Below, in pieces: positions 57,575 through 64,000 of a stretch of DNA of 64,000 bases. Made by a program: the position numbers and the translations under genes. The stretch lies in the IMG/VR virus record IMGVR_UViG_3300042691_046823; one strand, written 5' to 3'. Below the pieces are notes generated by a model. That model searched no databases, was not told where the DNA came from, and saw nothing but the letters and a program-made list of their open reading frames with translations. The DNA is from a virus. The number at the start of each line of letters is the position of its first letter. The stretch's first letter is position 1.

Positions 57575-57711
57575 CCAACATAAAAAAACAGATCAAGACA
57601 CGCAACTGGGTGGCCAAGCACAACTTTAACCGCCCGGTGCGTCATCGCGATCGTATCGATTATCAACGACAGCCCAAGCACAGGGCCAAGGAGCAATACA
57701 ATGAGCATTGA
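57571..57711 (+). CDS. 46-aa basic micro-protein (absent from the ORF track)
   Basis: MTNIKKQIKTRNWVAKHNFNRPVRHRDRIDYQRQPKHRAKEQYNEH*; ATGA overlap. Confidence 0.6.
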   Translation: MTNIKKQIKTRNWVAKHNFNRPVRHRDRIDYQRQPKHRAKEQYNEH

Positions 57712-57931
57712 AATCTCGGGCCTGAGCCCAAGACAGATAGACTTGGCCAACCGCATCTGGAGCATGGACTCCATGGAAGAAGTAGTAGCGTTTTTTGACA
57801 CCCTGCCACAACGGGCCAAGATCGATGCTTACATAGTGTACCAAATGATCTTGTTGGCATGGCAGGATGAAGAACCTGTAGGCGAGTGCGCTGAGGCTTG
57901 CGAAGTTATTGATTACATCAGGAGCCTATGA
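57701..57931 (+). CDS. Hypothetical protein
   Basis: 76 aa; SD AAGGAG. Confidence 0.6.
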   Translation: MSIEISGLSPRQIDLANRIWSMDSMEEVVAFFDTLPQRAKIDAYIVYQMILLAWQDEEPVGECAEACEVIDYIRSL

Positions 57932-58626
57932 TGCTAAAATACAAGACCATATCAGAAGTCAACACGATCCAGGACCGACTGCGGCGCAACAGTTATGGCG
58001 GCACTTACTGGCGACAAGAAACCCATAATCGCGAGACCGATACCCTGAGCCTGTTTACATTGAGTACTGAAGCCCGGAGAGACAGTGAACACAATTTTGA
58101 CCTTGTGATGGACACAGCCCGGCACTTCGGCCAAGACCTTGTAGTGATCAAACCACAGCAGGTACAGATAGCCGGTGCAGGCGATGGCAGTGTAAATCAA
58201 GAGATAGTCAAGGTACTGTTTCCACGGCCGTGGTTGCGCGAATATGAGAAGTGGATAGACACCACCCATCCTATGAGTCCAAAGTTAGACCATAGTGAGC
58301 AGGGTGCAGTAGCAGAATTCTACACATATCGCCCGGCCATGTGCTTGCGTGAGCAACAGGGTGTGTATGATGTCACCACTGGTCAGCGGTTGACCAATCG
58401 CAGGCACATAATCGAGCGGATGTGGCAGTTGGGATTCGCCGCACAGCGTGGCCGGCCCTTGAGCATGGCCAGGACCAGGTGGACCGGTAACAGAGAAGAA
58501 CTCACAGAGATAGCAGACTTGGCCGATCGGCATTGGAATCGACGCAACACATCAGAGGCCTCTAAGAAACTGGTGTCGGTATGGCGTAGCATCAATCGTT
58601 ACTCGGCCTGGCCGGGATCATGGTAA
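57928..58626 (+). CDS. Hypothetical protein
   Basis: 232 aa; ATGA overlap; SD AGGAG. Confidence 0.6.
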   Translation: MMLKYKTISEVNTIQDRLRRNSYGGTYWRQETHNRETDTLSLFTLSTEARRDSEHNFDLVMDTARHFGQDLVVIKPQQVQIAGAGDGSVNQEIVKVLFPRPWLREYEKWIDTTHPMSPKLDHSEQGAVAEFYTYRPAMCLREQQGVYDVTTGQRLTNRRHIIERMWQLGFAAQRGRPLSMARTRWTGNREELTEIADLADRHWNRRNTSEASKKLVSVWRSINRYSAWPGSW

Positions 58627-58630
58627 AGCC

Positions 58631-58849
58631 TTGAGTGATCTCCATGACATTTTCCCCTATGAATGTACCACGCGACATCCCTATGATCAAGTGGTACCAT
58701 GGTTGGAAGCCAACATCGGCGAGTTTGATCGTGAGTGGTATCGCTACGGATCTGACATAGCCGAAGGGGTTACAGGATGGGATCCGTACGACTTCTACAG
58801 ATTCCGAGATGAGCAAGCCGCGGTGTTGTTTCGATTGAGGTGGTCATGA
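58631..58849 (+). CDS. Hypothetical protein
   Basis: 72 aa ending F.FRDEQAAVLFRLRW. Confidence 0.6.
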   Translation: MSDLHDIFPYECTTRHPYDQVVPWLEANIGEFDREWYRYGSDIAEGVTGWDPYDFYRFRDEQAAVLFRLRWS

Positions 58850-59700
58850 TCGTTATATTGTTCACTGCCGGAAATTTTGGAAGTACCATAGAATATTGTT
58901 TACGAGAATTTAGCAATGAACTGAAGAAAGTACAGTTCGGCTTGCTCGAAGATGGATCCATGCACGGATATGGAAAATCTTTCCATCCAGTGACATTTGA
59001 CCAATGGAACAATCACCCATCAGGCATAGACATAGCCACCCCTGTGTTTCCGAATAAAAACTATCAATCGCCAATGGATTCTTTGATGTTTTACCAAACT
59101 CAAATTAAAAAAGAAGATTCTGTCATTTTCATTGATAGCAATTCTCTTGATCAAGCTCAGCGCACCCAATTATTCAATTATCACAAAAATAAAAACAATG
59201 GCTTATTAGACGTCCTAATGCGGGATAAAGCCCAAAGTTGGAATGCAGAGTACACACATTGGCAAGACATGCAGATTTTTGAGCTCCGAGAAGCATTGAG
59301 TTTTTATGCAGATCAACAGCATCAATATGTAAACTTAAAAAATCATGCGCCTTCAGATTGGCTCATAGTTGATCCAGATAAAATTATTTGGAATTTACCA
59401 AGAGAAATCACCCGCATGATGCCACACTGCGGCCTCACAATCAACGATGAAGATTTAGAAGAATTCTACCAAAAATGGCTGGATAAACAAAAATACGTTT
59501 TGGACGAATTCGATTTGATTATAAAAATACTCAATTATCTTGATACTGATCAATTCTTATCCTGGCCGGGATTATCATTGTTTGGTGAAGCTATACTGCA
59601 ATCAAGACTGCGACAAAATGGACATGAGTTGGATATGGTGGACCTCAATCAATTTCCTAATAACACTGTTGATCTACGTGGAAAATTAATCAGGGCATAA
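58846..59700 (+). CDS. Hypothetical protein, possible P-loop/sulfotransferase-like
   Basis: ILFTAGNFGSTIEY; visibly AT-richer than neighbours. Confidence 0.5.
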   Translation: MIVILFTAGNFGSTIEYCLREFSNELKKVQFGLLEDGSMHGYGKSFHPVTFDQWNNHPSGIDIATPVFPNKNYQSPMDSLMFYQTQIKKEDSVIFIDSNSLDQAQRTQLFNYHKNKNNGLLDVLMRDKAQSWNAEYTHWQDMQIFELREALSFYADQQHQYVNLKNHAPSDWLIVDPDKIIWNLPREITRMMPHCGLTINDEDLEEFYQKWLDKQKYVLDEFDLIIKILNYLDTDQFLSWPGLSLFGEAILQSRLRQNGHELDMVDLNQFPNNTVDLRGKLIRA

Positions 59701-59709
59701 ATTACAGTC

Positions 59710-59979
59710 ATGATCGATTTTTACTATGAATTTCCCGATAACACCCTGCTGTTTGATCGACCCACAAGATTCGCTTTCATGCGGGGATATCATCCCGAGG
59801 AAGCATCTACCACCCAGCACTTGTTCCACAGCCAATGTTTGATCTTGGCCTCTCGCGTTTGGTTGGAGAACGCCAATGGTGCTGTACTGGTCAAGATAGG
59901 GCGGCATGATGTACATGAATCTATCAACCCCCGCGAACTGATCTGGATCAAACTACAAGCTCGTGAAATTGAATTATAA
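59710..59979 (+). CDS. Hypothetical protein
   Basis: 89 aa; TAAATT 6 nt upstream; followed by a terminator. Confidence 0.55.
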   Translation: MIDFYYEFPDNTLLFDRPTRFAFMRGYHPEEASTTQHLFHSQCLILASRVWLENANGAVLVKIGRHDVHESINPRELIWIKLQAREIEL

Positions 59980-60004
59980 AAAACCGCCTCAGTGGCGGTT
60001 TTTT
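59978..60004. terminator. Bidirectional rho-independent terminator
   Basis: AAAAAACCGCC-TCAGT-GGCGGTTTTTT between convergent genes. Confidence 0.9.
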
Positions 60005-60009
60005 GTTGT

Positions 60010-61020
60010 TCAGTGATTGATCTGGCTCCACACACGCTGGCGTATCTGTTGCGTGAGGCTCTCGGGCAACGCCACGTAGTCCAAGTCGGCAGCGTCTTTT
60101 TTACCATTCTTAAAAGCCCAGTCAAAGAATTTCAAGACTTCTTGACTGGCTCGCTTGTCGGCAGGATCTCGGTACATGATTATAAATGAAGCAGATGAAA
60201 TAGGCCATGCGTTGGGATTCCGTTGATCCACGATTGAAAGTCCCATGCCCGGCACGGAGAACCAATCAGCACCATCGGCAGCGGCTGCGAATGTGAGATC
60301 ATCAGGTGCCACATATTTTCCGCTCCGGTTCTGGAGCAACATGTAGTTCATGTTGTTTTTCTTCACATAGGCATATTCCACATATCCTATGGATCCTTTC
60401 ACACGGTTCACGTTGGCTGCCACACCTTCGTTGCCTTTGCCACCCACAGCCATGGCGGGTATCCATTTCACAGCGGGGCCACGTCCTACTCGATCAGCCC
60501 AAGATTTGCTCACTGTGGCAAGATAGTCTGTGAAGTTAAAGGTGGTGCCCGAACCATCCGCACGGTGTACCGGAGTGATGGGCAGATCTGGTAACCGTTT
60601 ACCAGGATTCAAAGCGGCGATTTTGGGATCATTCCATTTGACAATGTCTCCCATGTATATCTCGGCCAACACAGGTCCAGTGATACGCAGTTCACCAGGT
60701 CGGAATCCTTCCAAGTTGATGACAGGTACGGTGCCTCCAATGATGGCTGGAAACTGTACCATGCCACCTTGGTCAAGTTCTTCACCTTTCATGGGTGCGT
60801 CAGTGGCACCAAAGGTCACAGTTTTTGCACGGATCTGGCGTATACCGCCCGATGATCCAATGCTTTGATAGTTGAGTCCCACACCAGTGGCCTTTTTATA
60901 ACCTTCAGCCCACTTGGCGTAGATTGGATAAGGGAATGTAGCACCTGCGCCTGTGATGTCGGCTGCTTGAACGGGTATGGCGATGGCTGCGAACACAGCC
61001 AATATGAATTTCTTGATCAT
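60010..61020 (-). CDS. pstS: Phosphate ABC transporter substrate-binding protein
   Basis: Signal peptide; GAGATFPYP, YQSIGSSGG, HRADGSGTT, IGYVE; start 61020 after SD AAGGAG. Confidence 0.97.
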   Translation of the reverse strand: MIKKFILAVFAAIAIPVQAADITGAGATFPYPIYAKWAEGYKKATGVGLNYQSIGSSGGIRQIRAKTVTFGATDAPMKGEELDQGGMVQFPAIIGGTVPVINLEGFRPGELRITGPVLAEIYMGDIVKWNDPKIAALNPGKRLPDLPITPVHRADGSGTTFNFTDYLATVSKSWADRVGRGPAVKWIPAMAVGGKGNEGVAANVNRVKGSIGYVEYAYVKKNNMNYMLLQNRSGKYVAPDDLTFAAAADGADWFSVPGMGLSIVDQRNPNAWPISSASFIIMYRDPADKRASQEVLKFFDWAFKNGKKDAADLDYVALPESLTQQIRQRVWSQINH

Positions 61021-61064
61021 TGACATCTCCTTTTGGTTGTTGTGTCGCAATATATTTAGATCAG

Positions 61065-61087
61065 ATTGTGTTACCATTTTGTTACAC
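61065..61087 (-). promoter_or_regulatory. Pho box-like PhoB site upstream of pstS
   Basis: Minus strand GTGTAACAAAATGGTAACACAAT: GTAACA repeated at 11-bp period. Confidence 0.65.
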
Positions 61088-61105
61088 TTGTGAAATTACT
61101 TGAAG

Positions 61106-61134
61106 TTGACCTATAACCCAGATCCTGCTACAAT
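61106..61134 (+). promoter_or_regulatory. Sigma70-like promoter for the tRNA
   Basis: TTGACC-17-TACAAT with extended -10 TG, ending 8 nt before the tRNA. Confidence 0.7.
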
Positions 61135-61142
61135 ACTCAAAT

Positions 61143-61218
61143 GGGCCTGTAGCTTAAACAGTGAAGCAAGCGACTCATAATCGCTAGAGTGCGGGTGCAA
61201 GTCCTGCCGGGCCCACCA
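61143..61218 (+). tRNA. tRNA with CAU anticodon, most likely tRNA-Ile2 (lysidine type)
   Basis: Acceptor GGGCCTG/CGGGCCC-A-CCA; anticodon arm AGCGA-CTCATAA-TCGCT like proteobacterial Ile2. Confidence 0.9.
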
Positions 61219-61237
61219 TATAACACAAAGGTACCAC

Positions 61238-61477
61238 ATGTCCGAACCCAAAAAGAAAATCCATATTGAATTTGCGCCTGGTGCTTTTGACCAATTTGAC
61301 GGTACCCAGGAAGAACTGGATGCGTTTATCGCTGAACTGCAAAGGATGGCTGACTCAGGGGAATTGGAAGAACAAAGCTTAAGCCTGGATGACGACGAGG
61401 CCTGGAATCAACTGTCAGAAGAAGAGCAGATCATTATCTCAAACGCGATCAACCGGCCCGATGAGACACGACACTAA
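61238..61477 (+). CDS. Acidic hypothetical protein
   Basis: 79 aa; FAPGAFDQFDGTQEELD; SD AAGG. Confidence 0.65.
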   Translation: MSEPKKKIHIEFAPGAFDQFDGTQEELDAFIAELQRMADSGELEEQSLSLDDDEAWNQLSEEEQIIISNAINRPDETRH

Positions 61478-62004
61478 CGATACCACTCGGCGTACAGCCG
61501 TACAACCTTGCCATTGGTCTCGCTTTGCTCATTGACCTGGCGATAATCATGCAAGGCAGCGAAATCCTGTAGCCGGCGATGACTCCAGGGATAGAATGGA
61601 ATGCCCTGACATTTCTCTGAAGCATGATCTCTACGTCCAGGGTTCAGGCGCCAGTAAATGCGTGATGTGGGTTTTAGGCACTCCACCACTTTCTTTATCT
61701 GTCTACCAACTATGGCATCGTCCCCGAAGTTGATCGATCCCAAGCACACAGCCACATCAAATTTCTTGGTTGCATGGAAGTCTTCTATGGTCACGGTAAA
61801 ATCGGCTTCGTCTCGGGCTGGATCGATGCCTACAACATTGGGCACCAAGGTCTTGAAAGGATTGGCGCCACAGCCCACATCCAGCAACCATTCGTGTGGC
61901 ATGATCTTTTTTGAGATCACATCGTAGGCGCTATAATTATATGCGTCCACGCTGGGCTTCCAGTGGTGTCGGAAATAATCATTTAGGTAATCTTGATCGT
62001 GCAT
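61474..62004 (-). CDS. Class I SAM methyltransferase
   Basis: LLDVGCG, GIDP, FDVAVCLGSINF; start uncertain (62004 preferred). Confidence 0.8.
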   Translation of the reverse strand: MHDQDYLNDYFRHHWKPSVDAYNYSAYDVISKKIMPHEWLLDVGCGANPFKTLVPNVVGIDPARDEADFTVTIEDFHATKKFDVAVCLGSINFGDDAIVGRQIKKVVECLKPTSRIYWRLNPGRRDHASEKCQGIPFYPWSHRRLQDFAALHDYRQVNEQSETNGKVVRLYAEWYR

Positions 62005-62238
62005 AATAATCCAAAAGTAAATGCTGTAAAGTGGGCCAGTGCCTGTGTGATACTTATCGCCATGCTGTTCCACACCTTGGGAATCACCCCCTGGAACAGT
62101 TTCCTCCAGATGTTGGGAGCTGCCGGCTGGGTCTATGTGGGCTGGACGTGCCGCGAGCGAGCACTCATGCTTAACTTCCTTCCACAGTTTTTCATCATCA
62201 TACCAACTTTAATCTATGCTTACTACTTTGCCCAATAA
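61993..62238 (+). CDS. Small three-TM membrane protein
   Basis: VKW.S, PWN, GW.YVG, ERAL..N; hydrophobic. Confidence 0.6.
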   Translation: MIVHNNPKVNAVKWASACVILIAMLFHTLGITPWNSFLQMLGAAGWVYVGWTCRERALMLNFLPQFFIIIPTLIYAYYFAQ

Positions 62239-62809
62239 GATATTCATGATAGGTGTGCCTGGAAGTCGATGGTCTGGTATTGCCCAGAATGTCGAAGACA
62301 ATATCCCAGGATTCAATACCACAGATCGCACACCTGACCGAGTCTATCAGCATCATACATTTTCTGGGCACCTGGGTGCGTACTTTGGAACCGGCTGGGA
62401 TCATGACACCAGCCTGGATCAAGAAAATCTGGATAGACCATTTGCACACTCTGATGGAACCCGCATACTCAAAAGCCATGAATGGGCTTATAAATTAGAT
62501 GAGATACATGACAGCTATCCCGACGCTTGGATTTGGTTGGTCTATCGTCCGGACATGGCAGCCTATGCTTGGTGGCACGAAGCCGGAGGGTTTGAAATCA
62601 AGTATCCAAAATATCGTCCCTATTACCGAGATTCTATAAATATGTTCGCTGAGATACAACGCATGAACCAATGTATCTTGGAATTCAGCCAGAAGCATGA
62701 TCTTGCCTGGCATCATATATCGTCAACCTGGATCAAAGCCACATTTGGCCGGGCAGTGGAGCCCACGGTCCGTCTCGCAGACACCCTTGTGTGTTGTTTT
62801 AAACCCTAA
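62216..62809 (+). CDS. Sulfotransferase/P-loop-like protein
   Basis: IGVPGSRWSG, ILKSH, LVYR. Confidence 0.5.
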   Translation: MLTTLPNKIFMIGVPGSRWSGIAQNVEDNIPGFNTTDRTPDRVYQHHTFSGHLGAYFGTGWDHDTSLDQENLDRPFAHSDGTRILKSHEWAYKLDEIHDSYPDAWIWLVYRPDMAAYAWWHEAGGFEIKYPKYRPYYRDSINMFAEIQRMNQCILEFSQKHDLAWHHISSTWIKATFGRAVEPTVRLADTLVCCFKP

Positions 62810-62825
62810 ACATAAGGAAAAATCT

Positions 62826-63791
62826 ATGAAGAAGTTATTAGCAACAACATTGTTGGCTATGTCCGCCACCGCATGGGCCTGGCAACCAACCAAACCCGTC
62901 ACGGTGCTGATTGGCTTCGCACCAGGATCTGGTAACGAAATGAGTTTTAGAGCCGTGGCCAAAGAAGTAGAACGAACCACGGGTGTCAGTTTTGTAGTCA
63001 CAAATCAACCCGGAGCAGATGCTGCCATCAGTTTAAACAATCTCGTGGCAGCTGCACCCGACGGTCATACCATCAACATCGCCAGCCAACAAGGCACCTG
63101 GGTCATGGCCGATGTGATCAGCCGAGATATCATAAAATTCACGCCCGACAGTTTTGAGTACACAGTGAACATCGCCAAGAGCCCCTTGGCCTTGATCGCC
63201 CCTGTGGATTCACCAGTGAACACGCCGCAGGAATTCATGCGCTTGATCGAATCTGGAAAGCGACCAGTCACAGTCGCCGTGGGCGCATCGAGCCACAAAC
63301 TGGCCTATGAATACATCATGAACAACAGCCGAGCAAGGCGTGACATGGTCACCGCGGCCAACTACAAAGGACCTGCGCCTGCTGGTCAGGATGTCGCTGG
63401 AAAACACGTGGACTTTGGTATCATTCCAGCCGCAGTAGCCTACAATCTCGTGCAAGCCGGCAAGGTCAAGTACATTGGTATCTTTGGTGAACAGCGCCTG
63501 TCTAAGATACCCACAGTGGCCTTGATGAACACCGTGGTGCCCGGCGCCAATGTGTATGCAGGATGGGGCATCGTGCTACCTCGTGGTACACCGCCTGAAG
63601 TCACTCGCTGGTACACTGAAAACTTTGTGCGTGCCATACGCAGTGCCGAAGCACAGAGATTCTTTGCGGACAATCTCATGTTCGTGGAAGATCGCGAGCT
63701 CACCCCTCAGGGCTACAAGAAGAGCATGCTGGAACTGCGTCGGGTTTGGTTGCCCATCGCTCAAAAGATGGATTTCGGGCAAACCAAATAA
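62826..63791 (+). CDS. tctC: Tripartite tricarboxylate transporter substrate-binding protein (Bug/TctC)
   Basis: Signal AWA-W; PTKPVTVLIGFAPG, NQPGA, PDGHT, YKG..PA..DV.G, GIVLPRGTP. Confidence 0.9.
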   Translation: MKKLLATTLLAMSATAWAWQPTKPVTVLIGFAPGSGNEMSFRAVAKEVERTTGVSFVVTNQPGADAAISLNNLVAAAPDGHTINIASQQGTWVMADVISRDIIKFTPDSFEYTVNIAKSPLALIAPVDSPVNTPQEFMRLIESGKRPVTVAVGASSHKLAYEYIMNNSRARRDMVTAANYKGPAPAGQDVAGKHVDFGIIPAAVAYNLVQAGKVKYIGIFGEQRLSKIPTVALMNTVVPGANVYAGWGIVLPRGTPPEVTRWYTENFVRAIRSAEAQRFFADNLMFVEDRELTPQGYKKSMLELRRVWLPIAQKMDFGQTK

Positions 63792-63792
63792 C

Positions 63793-63821
63793 TTGATCGT
63801 TGATCCTGGACATGCTATAAT
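63793..63821 (+). promoter_or_regulatory. Sigma70-like promoter
   Basis: TTGATC-17-TATAAT with extended -10 TG; ATG 5 nt downstream. Confidence 0.65.
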
Positions 63822-63826
63822 GTAGC

Positions 63827-64000
63827 ATGTCCAAATATGAATGTTGGCCTCCTCCTGACTGGACCGAAGTCATAGTGTCCTGGACGACCATGCTGGATGC
63901 CTCAGACCATGCCCCAAATGAGATCACTGATTGGACTGAAAACACCATACAAGGTCGCTGGCACTTGCACGGATTCCGAGCCACCGAAGGTTTTGCTTTC
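63827..64000 (+). CDS. Hypothetical protein, 3'-truncated by the window edge
   Basis: MSKYECWPPPDWTEV... open to the end of the window. Confidence 0.55.
   Translation, partial: MSKYECWPPPDWTEVIVSWTTMLDASDHAPNEITDWTENTIQGRWHLHGFRATEGFAF

Noticed and set aside
100-63984. Numerous minus-strand and alternate-frame ORFs in the track (e.g. 12240-12716, 22347-22952, 28964-29590)
   Set aside because: They shadow well-supported + strand genes and lack motifs or SDs. Only pstS and the 61474 methyltransferase are accepted on the minus strand.
1-64000. CRISPR array, rRNA, integrase or transposase
   Set aside because: No regularly spaced repeats with unique spacers and no recognisable motifs. The leader-coding repeats are coding, degenerate and irregularly spaced.
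1-64000. Stop-codon reassignment (alternative genetic code)
   Set aside because: Conserved genes are full length in the standard code, and TAA, TGA and TAG all end plausible ORFs.

Overview
This window is a 64 kb segment of a large lytic T4-like (jumbo-type) bacteriophage genome. It is densely packed, almost entirely on the + strand, with many ATGA/TAATG overlaps and recurring TAAATA late promoters. The Bug/TctC and PstS genes suggest an aquatic betaproteobacterial host (inference). Blocks: (1) 0.5-9.4 kb and 15.5-24 kb hold an array of unrelated enzymes and polyproteins (nucleotidyltransferase, zincin, amidoligase, GNATs, ART-like, kinase-like, HAD nucleotidase, ParB-like, methyltransferase). 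Many begin with a shared MRAxEF(I/V/L)xE leader resembling the T4 capsid-targeting sequence. (2) 10-15.5 kb is a late membrane/secreted, possibly lysis, cluster. (3) 24-28 kb encodes an amidinotransferase and a radical SAM enzyme. (4) 28-33 kb encodes a family B DNA polymerase and a probable clamp. (5) 33-53 kb is a 7-deazaguanine DNA-modification pathway (DpdA-like, DpdL-like, FolE, QueD, QueE, YhhQ; no QueC seen) interleaved with nucleotide-sugar and glycosyltransferase genes and an FG-GAP autotransporter-like gene. (6) 54-64 kb holds RNase H, small early genes, pstS with a Pho box, tRNA-Ile2(CAU) and tctC. Best candidates for new biology are the leader-tagged injectable enzyme arsenal, a preQ1-I-like pseudoknot leader on phage queD, and a QueC-less deazaguanine pathway tied to glycosylation, PRTase and MazG genes. 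All calls come from manual motif reading; no searches were run.
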